Assembly: GCA_963764785.1 (NCBI GenBank)
Contig: CAVXTU010000001.1
Span: 930,643 to 994,642 of the forward strand
From: an uncultured Chloroflexia bacterium
Lineage (GTDB): Bacteria > Chloroflexota > Limnocylindria > Limnocylindrales > CSP1-4
Direction: 5' to 3'
DNA length: 64,000 nucleotides
The notes under the pieces were generated by a model. The model had not been told where the DNA came from. It worked only from the letters and a program-made list of their open reading frames with translations, and searched no databases. A program made the translations under genes and the position numbers. Every line of letters begins with the position of its first letter. The stretch's first letter is position 1. Positions 27,814 through 37,133 of this stretch are shown one piece after another.

Positions 27814-28724
27814 CGGAACGGGGGGAGCCACGTAGCGCCCGGATCCTGGACGGCCGGGCGGTGGCTGCTGACATCGATCTCGAGACCACACGCGAGCTCC
27901 GCGACATCGCTGCGGAGCGTGGTTCGATGCCGCAGGTCCGTGTGGTCATGTGCGGCGACGATGCTGCCTCCGCCGTCTACGCACGACGCATCCTGAAGTC
28001 CGCCCAGCGCGTGGGTACCTCAGGAGAGCTTGTCGAGTTGAGTGCCGGTTCTGGCGCTGACCGCATCCGGGCTACCCTCCGAAACGCGAGTCGCGACCCT
28101 GACGTCGGAGGTGTCATCCTGCAGTTGCCGTTGCCAGGCGGACTGCAGGCGTCTGATGTCATCGGAGCGCTTGACCCCGGCAAGGATCTGGATGGTATCC
28201 ATCCTGTGAATGCGGGCCTCGTCTCGCGGGGCCACGGTGGCTTCGCGCCATCCTGTGCGGAGGCGGCCGTGCAGATACTCAGGCGATCGGACATCCCCAT
28301 CGCTGGCCGGCCCGCCGTGGTGATCGGGCGGAGCAACGTGGTCGGAAAGCCGGCGCAACTCTTGCTCATCGATGAGAGTGCCACCGTGACCGTCTGCCAC
28401 CGACAAACACGGGACGTCGCGTCGATCTTGCGCCAGGCGGAGATCATCGTGGTCGCAGCTGGCTCCCCCGGCCTGATCCGCGGTGGGGTCATCGCCCCTG
28501 GTGCAGTGGTCATCGACTGCGGCATCAATGTCGACGACGATGGCCGCGTGGTCGGAGACGTCGATCTAGACTCGGTGTTGCCGGTCGCTGGAGCGGTCAC
28601 ACCTGTCCCCGGGGGCGTCGGTCCGGTCACCAACGCCGTCCTGATGAACCACCTCGCAAGGGCTGCCCGTGCCCAGCTTGACGGCATGCCCGGCAACCAG
28701 CCCGCGGAGACAAACGTCACATGA
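27810..28724 (+). CDS. folD: Bifunctional methylene-THF dehydrogenase / methenyl-THF cyclohydrolase
   Basis: ILDGRAVAADI..., GRSNVVGKPAQLLL, PVPGGVGPVTNAVLM. Confidence 0.9.
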   Translation: MTERGEPRSARILDGRAVAADIDLETTRELRDIAAERGSMPQVRVVMCGDDAASAVYARRILKSAQRVGTSGELVELSAGSGADRIRATLRNASRDPDVGGVILQLPLPGGLQASDVIGALDPGKDLDGIHPVNAGLVSRGHGGFAPSCAEAAVQILRRSDIPIAGRPAVVIGRSNVVGKPAQLLLIDESATVTVCHRQTRDVASILRQAEIIVVAAGSPGLIRGGVIAPGAVVIDCGINVDDDGRVVGDVDLDSVLPVAGAVTPVPGGVGPVTNAVLMNHLARAARAQLDGMPGNQPAETNVT

Positions 28725-30421
28725 CCATGCCCAGCAGCCTTGAGATCGCACAGGAGGCGGCACTCCGCCCGATCGCGGACATCGCCGATGCGATGGGGCT
28801 GCTGCCGGATGAGGTCGAGCTCTACGGGCGGTACAAGGCCAAGATCAGCCTCGCCGCGCTCGACCGTCTGGAGGACCGGCCGGACGGCAAGGAGATCATC
28901 GTCACCGCAGTCACGCCCACGCCTCTCGGCGAGGGCAAGACCACCACTACGGTCGGGCTTGCCGAGGGCCTCAATCGCATCGGCGTCAAGACGGCGGTGG
29001 TGATCCGGCAGCCCTCACTGGGTCCGGTCTTCGGCATCAAGGGCGGTGGCGCCGGTGGCGGCTACAGTCAGGTCTTGCCCATGGAGGACATCAACCTCCA
29101 TTTCACTGGTGACATCCATGCCATCAGCGCCGCCCATGACCTGGGTGCCGCGTTCCTCGATAACCATCTCGCTCGAGGCAATGCGCTGGAGATCGATCTC
29201 GACACGATCCGTTGGCCCCGCGTCATCGACGTCAACGACCGCGCCCTCCGGAGTGTTCGCCTCAGCGTCGGCGAGAAGGTCGGGGTCGAGCGAGATAGCG
29301 AGTTCCATATCACCGCTGCGTCGGAGGTGATGGCCATCCTGGCCCTGGCGGGCGATCTGCAGGACATGCGGGCCCGCATGGGCCGGGTGATCGTGGCCAT
29401 GAACCGGAGCGGTGGCGCTGTCACGCTGGAGGACCTCAAGGTGGCTGGCTCCATGACCGTGCTCATGCGGGAAGCCATCAAGCCCAACCTCGTCCAGACG
29501 GTCGAAGGCGGTCCAGCCTTCGTTCACGCGGGGCCATTCGCGAATATCGCCCACGGGAATTCGTCGGTCGTAGCCGACCGTGTCGCGCTCAAGCTCAACG
29601 ACGCCATCTGCACGGAAGGCGGATTCGCTGCGGACATGGGGTTCCAGAAGTTCGTCGACATCAAGTGCCGACTGTCTGGACTGCGCCCTTCGGTAGCCGT
29701 GATCGTCGCTACCATCCGGGCGCTCAAGATGCACGGTGGCGTCGGTGACGTCGTGGCCGGGCAGCCGCTGGACCCGGCGCTGCTGCAGGAAGATCCCGAT
29801 GCGGTCCGGCGCGGCGCGGAGAACCTGCGTCAGCACCTGGCCATCGTGGCCAACTACGGCATCCCTGCCGTCGTGGCCATCAACAGCTTTCCCAGCGATT
29901 TCAGCTCGGAGTTCGAGGCTGTGCGCCAGGTGGCGGGCGAAGCCGGAGCCGAGGACGCAGTCGTCTCTGACCACTTCGCCCGTGGCGGCGAGGGCGCCGA
30001 AGACCTGGCCCGCGCGGTGTGGGCGGCCGCGCAGCAGGGTGCGCCGGACTTCCGCTTCCTTTCGGGCGAGGAAGTCACGCTACGTCAGCGCATCGAGCAC
30101 ATCGCAACGCGCGTCTACGGAGCCGATGGTGTGGACCTCGCCCCAGAGGCAGAACGGGCTATCGAGTCCATCGAACGTCTGGGCTTCGCCACGGTCCCGG
30201 TCTGTATGGCCAAGACGCAGTCGTCATTGAGCCACGATCCGACGCTCAAGGGACGGCCCACGGGCTGGCGGCTGCCGGTCCGCGACCTGCGACTGTTCGC
30301 CGGTGCCGGCTTCGCGACTGCCTATTGCGGGAACATGATGACCATGCCCGGCCTGCCTACGCGGCCCGCCGGCGAGGACGTCGACATCGACGCCGACGGC
30401 AGGATCGTAGGGCTCTACTAG
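28721..30421 (+). CDS. fhs: Formate--tetrahydrofolate ligase
   Basis: VTAVTPTPLGEGKTTTTVGL, EGGFAADMGFQKF. Confidence 0.9.
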   Translation: MTMPSSLEIAQEAALRPIADIADAMGLLPDEVELYGRYKAKISLAALDRLEDRPDGKEIIVTAVTPTPLGEGKTTTTVGLAEGLNRIGVKTAVVIRQPSLGPVFGIKGGGAGGGYSQVLPMEDINLHFTGDIHAISAAHDLGAAFLDNHLARGNALEIDLDTIRWPRVIDVNDRALRSVRLSVGEKVGVERDSEFHITAASEVMAILALAGDLQDMRARMGRVIVAMNRSGGAVTLEDLKVAGSMTVLMREAIKPNLVQTVEGGPAFVHAGPFANIAHGNSSVVADRVALKLNDAICTEGGFAADMGFQKFVDIKCRLSGLRPSVAVIVATIRALKMHGGVGDVVAGQPLDPALLQEDPDAVRRGAENLRQHLAIVANYGIPAVVAINSFPSDFSSEFEAVRQVAGEAGAEDAVVSDHFARGGEGAEDLARAVWAAAQQGAPDFRFLSGEEVTLRQRIEHIATRVYGADGVDLAPEAERAIESIERLGFATVPVCMAKTQSSLSHDPTLKGRPTGWRLPVRDLRLFAGAGFATAYCGNMMTMPGLPTRPAGEDVDIDADGRIVGLY

Positions 30422-30424
30422 CGG

Positions 30425-30631
30425 TCAGTGGCCCCCGGCCACAAGGAGCGCCAGCACCAGGATCACACCGATGGCAGCGCCAGCCACGGCATAGCCCCAC
30501 GTGGCCGTGTCGATCGGCCCGAGCGGCTCAGCAGGGGACTCGTGCCCATGGCTGGCATCGTGCGTGTCCTGGGCGTCGTGCGGTGCCGCGGATGGGCTAT
30601 GGGCGTCGGACATGCCCACAGTATCGGTCAT
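30425..30631 (-). CDS. Small His/Asp-rich protein with C-terminal TM helix (hypothetical)
   Basis: HDAQDTHDASHGHESP then WGYAVAGAAIGVILVLALLVAGG. Confidence 0.3.
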   Translation of the reverse strand: MTDTVGMSDAHSPSAAPHDAQDTHDASHGHESPAEPLGPIDTATWGYAVAGAAIGVILVLALLVAGGH

Positions 30632-30661
30632 CGTTGCGGTTGAAGGGCGTCGGTGACGACG

Positions 30662-31669
30662 TCATCGACCGTCAGCGGCGACGCCACTACGGATTCGGGC
30701 AGGGCCGCCATGATGTCGATGCCCGACTGCCACGCAGCGCGATCGATGGCTGCCCACGCCATGTGCGTCGGTGTACGCATCGGTCCACGTGCCGATGGTT
30801 GCCTCCAGGATCGCCGATTGCGTCTCCGGGTCGCCGGCCAGTTCGGGAACAAGCGCAAAGGTGGCGTCCAGTCCGAGCTGCGGATCGGCCACGATGTCCT
30901 CCATCGCGCGCACCGTCGCGGCCGTGAACGCCCGCAGCGCATCACCCTTTGAATCCAGCGTGTCTCGGCCGACAACGAGACCCGGACCAGGAAGCTGTGC
31001 ATCGTCGGGCGCCTGCAGCTCGTTGACATCGCGACCCTGGAGGCGGAGCTGTACGGGTTCATTCGTGGCGAAGCCCGTAGCCGCGTCGACCTGGCCCTCG
31101 GCAACGGCGACGCCCTGCCCGAAGTCGGGGTAGGTCACGATCTCGAGGTCGTCAGGGGTGAGACCGGCACTCGCGAGCATCGCCTGGAGCGCGATCCAGG
31201 ATGAACCGTAGCGGCCCGGGATTCCCACCGACTTGCCCGCCAGGTCTGAGACGGACTCGATGCCGCTCTCCGCGAGTGAGAACACGACGTTGGGGTTGCG
31301 CGCATAGATGGTCGCCCCATACAGCACGGGAATGCCCTGGCTGACCGCAGGGATGACACTCGTGCCGTCGCCTATGCCGACGTCCACGCTGCCTTGTGCC
31401 AGGAGCGTGATCAGCTCCGGGTCGATCTTGTTCTGAAAGGTCACATCAAGACCCGCCTCGTCGTAGTAGCCGGCTTCGTCAGCCAGATAGAACTGGGCGA
31501 ACTGGACGCTGGGGATGTAGCCCAGTCCGACGGTGAGCGGGACACGCTCGGCCGGAGCTGGTGTGTCTGACTGGGCCAACGCTGAACTCACCGATGCCAT
31601 CGCCAACACGGCAGCTGCGACGGTGGCGAAGGTGGCTTGGGATCGAGTCGGCGACGGAGTTTGATCCAT
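30662..31669 (-). CDS. ABC transporter substrate-binding protein, NMT1/THI5 (SsuA/TauA-like) family
   Basis: Signal peptide, then LTVGLGYIPSVQFAQFYLADEAGYY. Confidence 0.75.
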   Translation of the reverse strand: MDQTPSPTRSQATFATVAAAVLAMASVSSALAQSDTPAPAERVPLTVGLGYIPSVQFAQFYLADEAGYYDEAGLDVTFQNKIDPELITLLAQGSVDVGIGDGTSVIPAVSQGIPVLYGATIYARNPNVVFSLAESGIESVSDLAGKSVGIPGRYGSSWIALQAMLASAGLTPDDLEIVTYPDFGQGVAVAEGQVDAATGFATNEPVQLRLQGRDVNELQAPDDAQLPGPGLVVGRDTLDSKGDALRAFTAATVRAMEDIVADPQLGLDATFALVPELAGDPETQSAILEATIGTWTDAYTDAHGVGSHRSRCVAVGHRHHGGPARIRSGVAADGR

Positions 31670-31695
31670 GGTCGCGTGCGGTTCCTTTCCGGGGA

Positions 31696-32517
31696 CTATG
31701 TGAGGCTGCGGATGAGGCGTCGCTCGACAGCCACGACGATGAGATAGAGGACGATGCCGAGCAGAGCGATGGTCATGAGGGTAGCGAACATCAGAGGGAT
31801 GTCGAACATGCTGCCCCGCGACAGGTTGATGAGTACACCCAGTCCGCGATCACCACCGGCCCATTCGGCCACGATCGCGCCGACGACCGCCAGCGTCACT
31901 CCGATTCGCAGACTGCCCATGATCTGTGGCAGCGCAGAAGGCACTTCGATGTGCATCAGGCGCTGCCAGCGTGTCGCACGCAGGCTCCTTCCCAACTCCT
32001 CCAGTCGTGGGTCGACCGAACGGATGCCCACCATCGTGCCGACCGCGATGGGGAAGAAGCAGATGAGTGCACAGATGAAGAGGCGGCTGCTGAGCCCGGT
32101 GCCGAACCACAGTGCGATGAGCGGAGCCAGCGCCAGGATGGGTGTCGCCTGGGCGGCCACGATGTAGGGGGACAGCATCCTCGCCGCGAGCCGGGACCGA
32201 GCCAGAAGGATCCCGGTCAGGATTCCCGCGGTTGCTCCCACGAGCAGGCCCAGCAGCACCTCGGACAACGTGGTCATGAAGTGCGGCCCGATGATGCCGT
32301 CGGTCCAGCCGCTGACGAAGCGCTCTGCCACCGACCCCGGTCCGGGCAGGATGTACGGCTGGTATCGCCCCAGCACCACGACGAGTTGCCAGACCACCGC
32401 GAAGATGACGGCTGCCGCGACGACCGGGGCGGCATCATGGAACAGCTGTCGAGGCCAGCCGCGCCGTCCCCGCCGCACCAGTCGCGCCGTCGCAGCCGGT
32501 TCGTTCGATCGGCTCAT
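31696..32517 (-). CDS. ABC transporter permease (SsuC/TauC family)
   Basis: EAA-loop context ARSRLAARMLSPYIVAAQATPILALAPL; 6 TM. Confidence 0.8.
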   Translation of the reverse strand: MSRSNEPAATARLVRRGRRGWPRQLFHDAAPVVAAAVIFAVVWQLVVVLGRYQPYILPGPGSVAERFVSGWTDGIIGPHFMTTLSEVLLGLLVGATAGILTGILLARSRLAARMLSPYIVAAQATPILALAPLIALWFGTGLSSRLFICALICFFPIAVGTMVGIRSVDPRLEELGRSLRATRWQRLMHIEVPSALPQIMGSLRIGVTLAVVGAIVAEWAGGDRGLGVLINLSRGSMFDIPLMFATLMTIALLGIVLYLIVVAVERRLIRSLT

Positions 32518-33332
32518 GCTGCTATCTCCCCGGCGTCGCGCGCGGTGGCTGCCAAGACCCTGCGAACCTCATCGCCGGCAGCGTTCAGGGGCGCCGCATC
32601 GGCACCGGCTCGGCGTCGCGGTCGCGCGGCGGTCACAGGCACCTCCGCGACGACGCTCCCCGGTCGCGGCGACATGACGAGCACCCGGTCCGAGAGGAAG
32701 ACCGCCTCGGCGATGCTATGGGTGACCAGCACGATGGTCGATCCGGTCTTGCTCCATAGCGCCACCAGTTCGTCGTCGAGTCGCTCACGCGTCATGGCGT
32801 CCAGCGCGCTGAACGGCTCATCGAGCAGCAGCACCTTGGGCTCGGGTGCCAGCGTGCGCGCCAGGGCCGCTCGCTGTGCCATGCCGCCGGAGAGCTGATC
32901 GGGATAGGCGTGGGTGAAGGCACTGAGGCCCGTCAAGGCCAGTACTTCCTGCGACCGCGACTCCCTCGTTGCGCCATCAACGCCAGCCAGCTCCAGTGGA
33001 AAGCCGACGTTGGCGAGCACGTCTCGCCACGGCAGCAATCGCGGTTCCTGGAAGACGAGGCCCACTCGTGGGTCGACTCCTTCGACCTCGGCCCCGAAGG
33101 TGCGCACGATCCCGCTATCGGCTGGCAGCAGCCCGCCGATGACGCGCAACAGCGTCGACTTGCCACAACCATTGGGCCCGACGATGGCCACGATCTCGCG
33201 TTCGGCCACCCGCAGGCTGACGTCCTCGAGCGCGATGAGCCGAGTGTCCCTGATGTCATAGCCGCGGGATACCCCGCGCAGCTCGATGGCGTCCAAAGTG
33301 GTGCGACCTCCGGCCGGGCCTTCGGACCTCAT
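32514..33332 (-). CDS. ABC transporter ATP-binding protein (SsuB-like); track ORF extends further upstream in-frame
   Basis: Walker A GPNGCGKSTLL, signature LSGGMAQRAALARTL, Walker B LLLDEP. Confidence 0.8.
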   Translation of the reverse strand: MRSEGPAGGRTTLDAIELRGVSRGYDIRDTRLIALEDVSLRVAEREIVAIVGPNGCGKSTLLRVIGGLLPADSGIVRTFGAEVEGVDPRVGLVFQEPRLLPWRDVLANVGFPLELAGVDGATRESRSQEVLALTGLSAFTHAYPDQLSGGMAQRAALARTLAPEPKVLLLDEPFSALDAMTRERLDDELVALWSKTGSTIVLVTHSIAEAVFLSDRVLVMSPRPGSVVAEVPVTAARPRRRAGADAAPLNAAGDEVRRVLAATARDAGEIAA

Positions 33333-33678
33333 GAGTCTGGAGATCGAAACGAACACACCGACATGACGTCGGCTGCTCGGGACGCGAGCGGCCATGCGCC
33401 GACCGGACGGGCCGACGGCCACCTCTCTCCTTCTCTCATCCGGACTATGACCGTCGGCTCCCTGCAAGGGATCCACCGCCACCGTGAGGTGGACGGGTCG
33501 TGGGCTGGCGGCCGGACCCTTGTCCTGAACCACCGACCACCGGTAGGGGATTTCACCCGACCCCGAAGGCGAGGCGTGCTATTGCGATGTTGTGACCTGA
33601 CTATACCAGCGCCGCAGGCCCATTCCTTGGACGCGATTCGTCCTGCTTGCCATCGGCCTATCGGCTACTGCACGTTCC

Positions 33679-34413
33679 GTGGTTCTGGTGCATCCTTGCG
33701 CCTCAATGACGAGCCGGACTACCCCAGTCGGCATCTTCGTCATCGCCATAGCCGGACTGTTCGCCGCCGGCTGTAGTGCGCAGACGAGTGCCGTGTTCGA
33801 AGCTCTAGTGGACTCCGCGAGGGCGCCAGCGTCCGCGTCGGTGGACGGCACGACCGGTGATGCTGCCCAGGGCAGTAGCTCGGGCACGTGGTGGTCCAGC
33901 CCCGACGGGTACCGCATGGATCTGCCCGCGGGGTGGTTCGGCGTGAGCGTCGATGGTGCCAAGGCGGAACAGTTGATCGCCGCCGTATCCGCCACCCAAC
34001 CGGGCCTGGCACAGCGCATGGACTCCGTGTTGGGTAGCACCTCGTCGCGCGTCAGCGGCATCGCCGGTGACCCGGCTGGAGTGGAGCCTGGACCCTTGCT
34101 CCTGGTGCTCGCACAGCCTGGTGGCGGCCGCAGCAAACACGAGATGAAGTTGTTCGTCAAGCGTCAGATCGGCCAGCTGCCCGGACTTGCGGCCGGCCCA
34201 TTCCTGAAGGATGCCGAGCTGCCGAGCGTGCGAGGATGGCGCTTCGACTACAGCGTGGACGACCCGGACACCGGAGTGTTGCGGGTGCGTTCCTACCTGC
34301 TCCTCTATGGCAGTGAAGCCTACCTCGTCAGTTTCGTGGCTCCGGAAGAGATCGCAGACGAACAGGACACCCTCTTCGATGCCATCGCAGCCAGCCTCCG
34401 TGTCGGGGTCTGA
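33679..34413 (+). CDS. Putative lipoprotein (hypothetical)
   Basis: Lipobox-like IAGLFAAGCSAQ after a hydrophobic signal. Confidence 0.5.
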   Translation: MVLVHPCASMTSRTTPVGIFVIAIAGLFAAGCSAQTSAVFEALVDSARAPASASVDGTTGDAAQGSSSGTWWSSPDGYRMDLPAGWFGVSVDGAKAEQLIAAVSATQPGLAQRMDSVLGSTSSRVSGIAGDPAGVEPGPLLLVLAQPGGGRSKHEMKLFVKRQIGQLPGLAAGPFLKDAELPSVRGWRFDYSVDDPDTGVLRVRSYLLLYGSEAYLVSFVAPEEIADEQDTLFDAIAASLRVGV

Positions 34414-34439
34414 GCCGCCGCCTGAACGCTTGAGCAGAC

Positions 34440-35222
34440 GCCCTGGCGTCGAGATCCGCGATGTCACAGATGCGACGACATTCGCGCTCCTGCCTCCTTG
34501 TGCCGATGCCCGGTTCGACCACCGTAGCTGCGACTATTGGGAGGACGACGTTCGCGGTGCCAAGACCGCCCGACCTGGCTGGTGGCAGGACAGGCCGAGC
34601 AAACCCAGACCGGCATCTCCTCCGCTCCGGTCGGCCAATCCCTTCGCACCGCCGCCTCGCGATCCCGCTGAGATCAACCCGTTCGCTCGATCCGAGGGCG
34701 CAGCCGGCGACGTACAGGCCCGGGAGGATCTCTTCGCGGTGCCCGAGTTCAATCCGTTCGCGCCGGCGCCGGCCGTCGATCCCGATGCGGTGACCCAGGA
34801 CGCACCGAGCAAGCTCCGTCTGCTCGATCGTGGGCGTGCGGTCTTCGGTTCCTATGCCAAGGTCCTGTTGCTTCCAGGGTGAGCCCGTGGGGTTCGCCCA
34901 GTTCGGCCCTGTGTCGGCCTACCCCCGAGCGCAGCATATCCGTGAGCTTTACCCGCGCTTGCCGTCGTCGCCATTGCCAGCCGTCATCACGTGCATCGCC
35001 ATCGGCCCTGCTGCCCGCGGCATGGGTTTGGCCAAGGATCTGGTCGGCGCAGTGGCGGATGACCTCGGGGACCGCGGGTTCGCGGCCGTCGAGGCCTATC
35101 CCGACCTGACACTCGGGCCAGACGAAGCTTCTGCCGCTGATCCGGCGTTCTGGATCGAATGCGGTTTCCTGCTTGTCGCTGAGGACGAGCGCTACCCGGT
35201 CATGCGTCTCGAGCTTTCCTGA
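34440..35222 (+). pseudogene. GNAT-family N-acetyltransferase split by an apparent 1-nt frameshift near 34870-34885
   Basis: Frame 2 reads ...VEIRDVTDATTFALLPPCADARFDHRSCDYWEDD...GSYAKVLLLPG*. Frame 0 continues ...GEPVGFAQFGP...ITCIAIGPAARGMGLAKDLVGAV (GNAT motif A, acetyl-CoA binding). Confidence 0.5.
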
Positions 35223-35258
35223 CGGGCTGTCGCGTGTAGCTGCGCTAGCCTCTGGGCC

Positions 35259-36221
35259 ATGGAGCGCCTCCTTGAATGTGTGCCCAACTTCAGCGAAGGC
35301 CAGGACGTCCCGACCCTGGACGCCATCGCCTCGGCTTTCGGAGGGCATCCCGAGACGTGGTTGCTCGACCGAACATCGGATCAAGACCACGGGCGTAGCG
35401 TCTACACGCTGGTCGGACACCCCAGTCGGGTCTTGGCGGCGATGGCGGACGCCGTCGGGATGGCGATCGAATCGATCGACATGCGTTCCCAGGATGGTCA
35501 GCACCCCCGCATCGGGTCGGTCGATGTCATCCCCTTCATCCCGTTCGCTGGAATGACCATGGAGGATTGTGTCCGTGACGCTCGCGAGTTCGCGGCCGGT
35601 ATCGCCGAGCGCTTCGCGTTGCCTGTCTACCTGTATGCCATGGCCGCCCGACGCGAGGACCGACGTGTGCTCGCCGGTATCCGTCGCCCAGGGATCGAGG
35701 GCCTGAGCGCGGCCATGCTTGATCCCGGCGGCGCACCGGACCTCGGTCCTCGACGGCCGCACCCGAGCGCAGGAGCGGTGTCGGTCGGAGCACGACGCTC
35801 CCTCATCGCGTTCAACGTCCAGCTTGGCACTGCGGACGTCGCCCCGGCGCGGCGCCTGGCCCGTCGCATCCGTGAGCGGGATGGCGGGCTTCCAGCAGTG
35901 CAAGCGCTCGGTCTGGAGCTGGCCTCACTTGGTCAGGCGCAACTCTCCATGAACATCCTCGACCACGAGCGGACTCCGCTGTGGAGGGTCTGGGAGGAGG
36001 CTCAGCGGCTGGCCGCCGCGGAGGACGTGCCGGTGCTTGATGCCGAGCTCATCGGACTGGCACCCTTGGCCGCGCTCATCGACGTCGCGGATCATCTCGG
36101 CGTTTCGCCGTCCGACTCCGTCGAGGACCGCCTTGCCCAAGCTGGTTCCTGGCTGCGCATCCGCGATTTCGACCCCAGCATGGCCCTGGAGCTTCGGCTG
36201 GCCAGGATCCGCGCCGTCTGA
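35259..36221 (+). CDS. ftcD: Glutamate formimidoyltransferase (FtcD N-terminal transferase domain only)
   Basis: MERLLECVPNFSEGQD...GRSVYTLVG is the FTCD_N signature. Confidence 0.8.
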   Translation: MERLLECVPNFSEGQDVPTLDAIASAFGGHPETWLLDRTSDQDHGRSVYTLVGHPSRVLAAMADAVGMAIESIDMRSQDGQHPRIGSVDVIPFIPFAGMTMEDCVRDAREFAAGIAERFALPVYLYAMAARREDRRVLAGIRRPGIEGLSAAMLDPGGAPDLGPRRPHPSAGAVSVGARRSLIAFNVQLGTADVAPARRLARRIRERDGGLPAVQALGLELASLGQAQLSMNILDHERTPLWRVWEEAQRLAAAEDVPVLDAELIGLAPLAALIDVADHLGVSPSDSVEDRLAQAGSWLRIRDFDPSMALELRLARIRAV

Positions 36222-36911
36222 TCAGGTTCGGCCGCGTGACTCCAGCATGACGACCGCCGTCTCATTGGGGATCGATGAGATGGTGGCCTTGAGGCTGGCC
36301 ACGGGTTTGCGGTCTGACACGCTCATCTCCTTGAGGAACTTGTCAAGGTCCGCCTCTGGCTCGGCCGCGGCGTCGGTGATGGGCAGCGGTATGACCATAC
36401 GGGCGTCGAGTTGGTTCACGAGCTCCGCTGCGTGTGCGGCGCTCAGCTGAGGTCCGATCCCCAGGCAGATGATGTCCACGTGGCCGATCTCCCGGATGGT
36501 GTCCTGGTCGAGTAGATGACCCACCTCACCCAGGTGGGCGGCAAAGATGCCGTCCAGCTCGTACACGAACGCCGTGCTCATGCCCCGGGCTGCTCCCTGC
36601 TCCTGGTCGCGGAAGGTGCGGACACCGGTGACCATGACGTCGTGCACTTCGTATTCGCCCGGAGAGTCGAGCACGAACGCACTCTCGAGACTGGTCGGGA
36701 CCGGAACCCCCAACTGGCGTGACATGACACCCGCCTTCGCCTTGCTTCCCGGGCCATCTGCGACCGCTTCATCAGGCCGTCCATACGAGACGATGTCGGC
36801 GCTGAGGCCACGGCCGGTCGGCCCGGCGATGGACCGGAACGGGTCTGCGGCAACGACCCCCTCACGCCCCTTGAGTCGAACGCAGGTGCCGCCGTACCAA
36901 GTGATCTCCAT
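36222..36911 (-). CDS. MBL-fold metallo-hydrolase (UlaG-like)
   Basis: Start MEITWYGGTCVRL, IICLGIGPQLSAAHAAE. Confidence 0.6.
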   Translation of the reverse strand: MEITWYGGTCVRLKGREGVVAADPFRSIAGPTGRGLSADIVSYGRPDEAVADGPGSKAKAGVMSRQLGVPVPTSLESAFVLDSPGEYEVHDVMVTGVRTFRDQEQGAARGMSTAFVYELDGIFAAHLGEVGHLLDQDTIREIGHVDIICLGIGPQLSAAHAAELVNQLDARMVIPLPITDAAAEPEADLDKFLKEMSVSDRKPVASLKATISSIPNETAVVMLESRGRT

Positions 36912-37133
36912 ACACATGGATGGTGCCACACGCAGGACAAAGAAAAGGAACGAGGGGTGCCTGCCCAATCAGCACCCCTCGTTCCAAGAGGGAGGGAGAG
37001 GGAACTGTGAAGCATGTACTTCGCGGTTCCGTGGTGAGAACAGTAGCCGCGAAGCGTGAAGGCTCCAGACCTCGAACGGTGAAGAAACCCACATTCGCCC
37101 GAACTTTGCGCTTGCTGCACCGCTTGTCCCATA

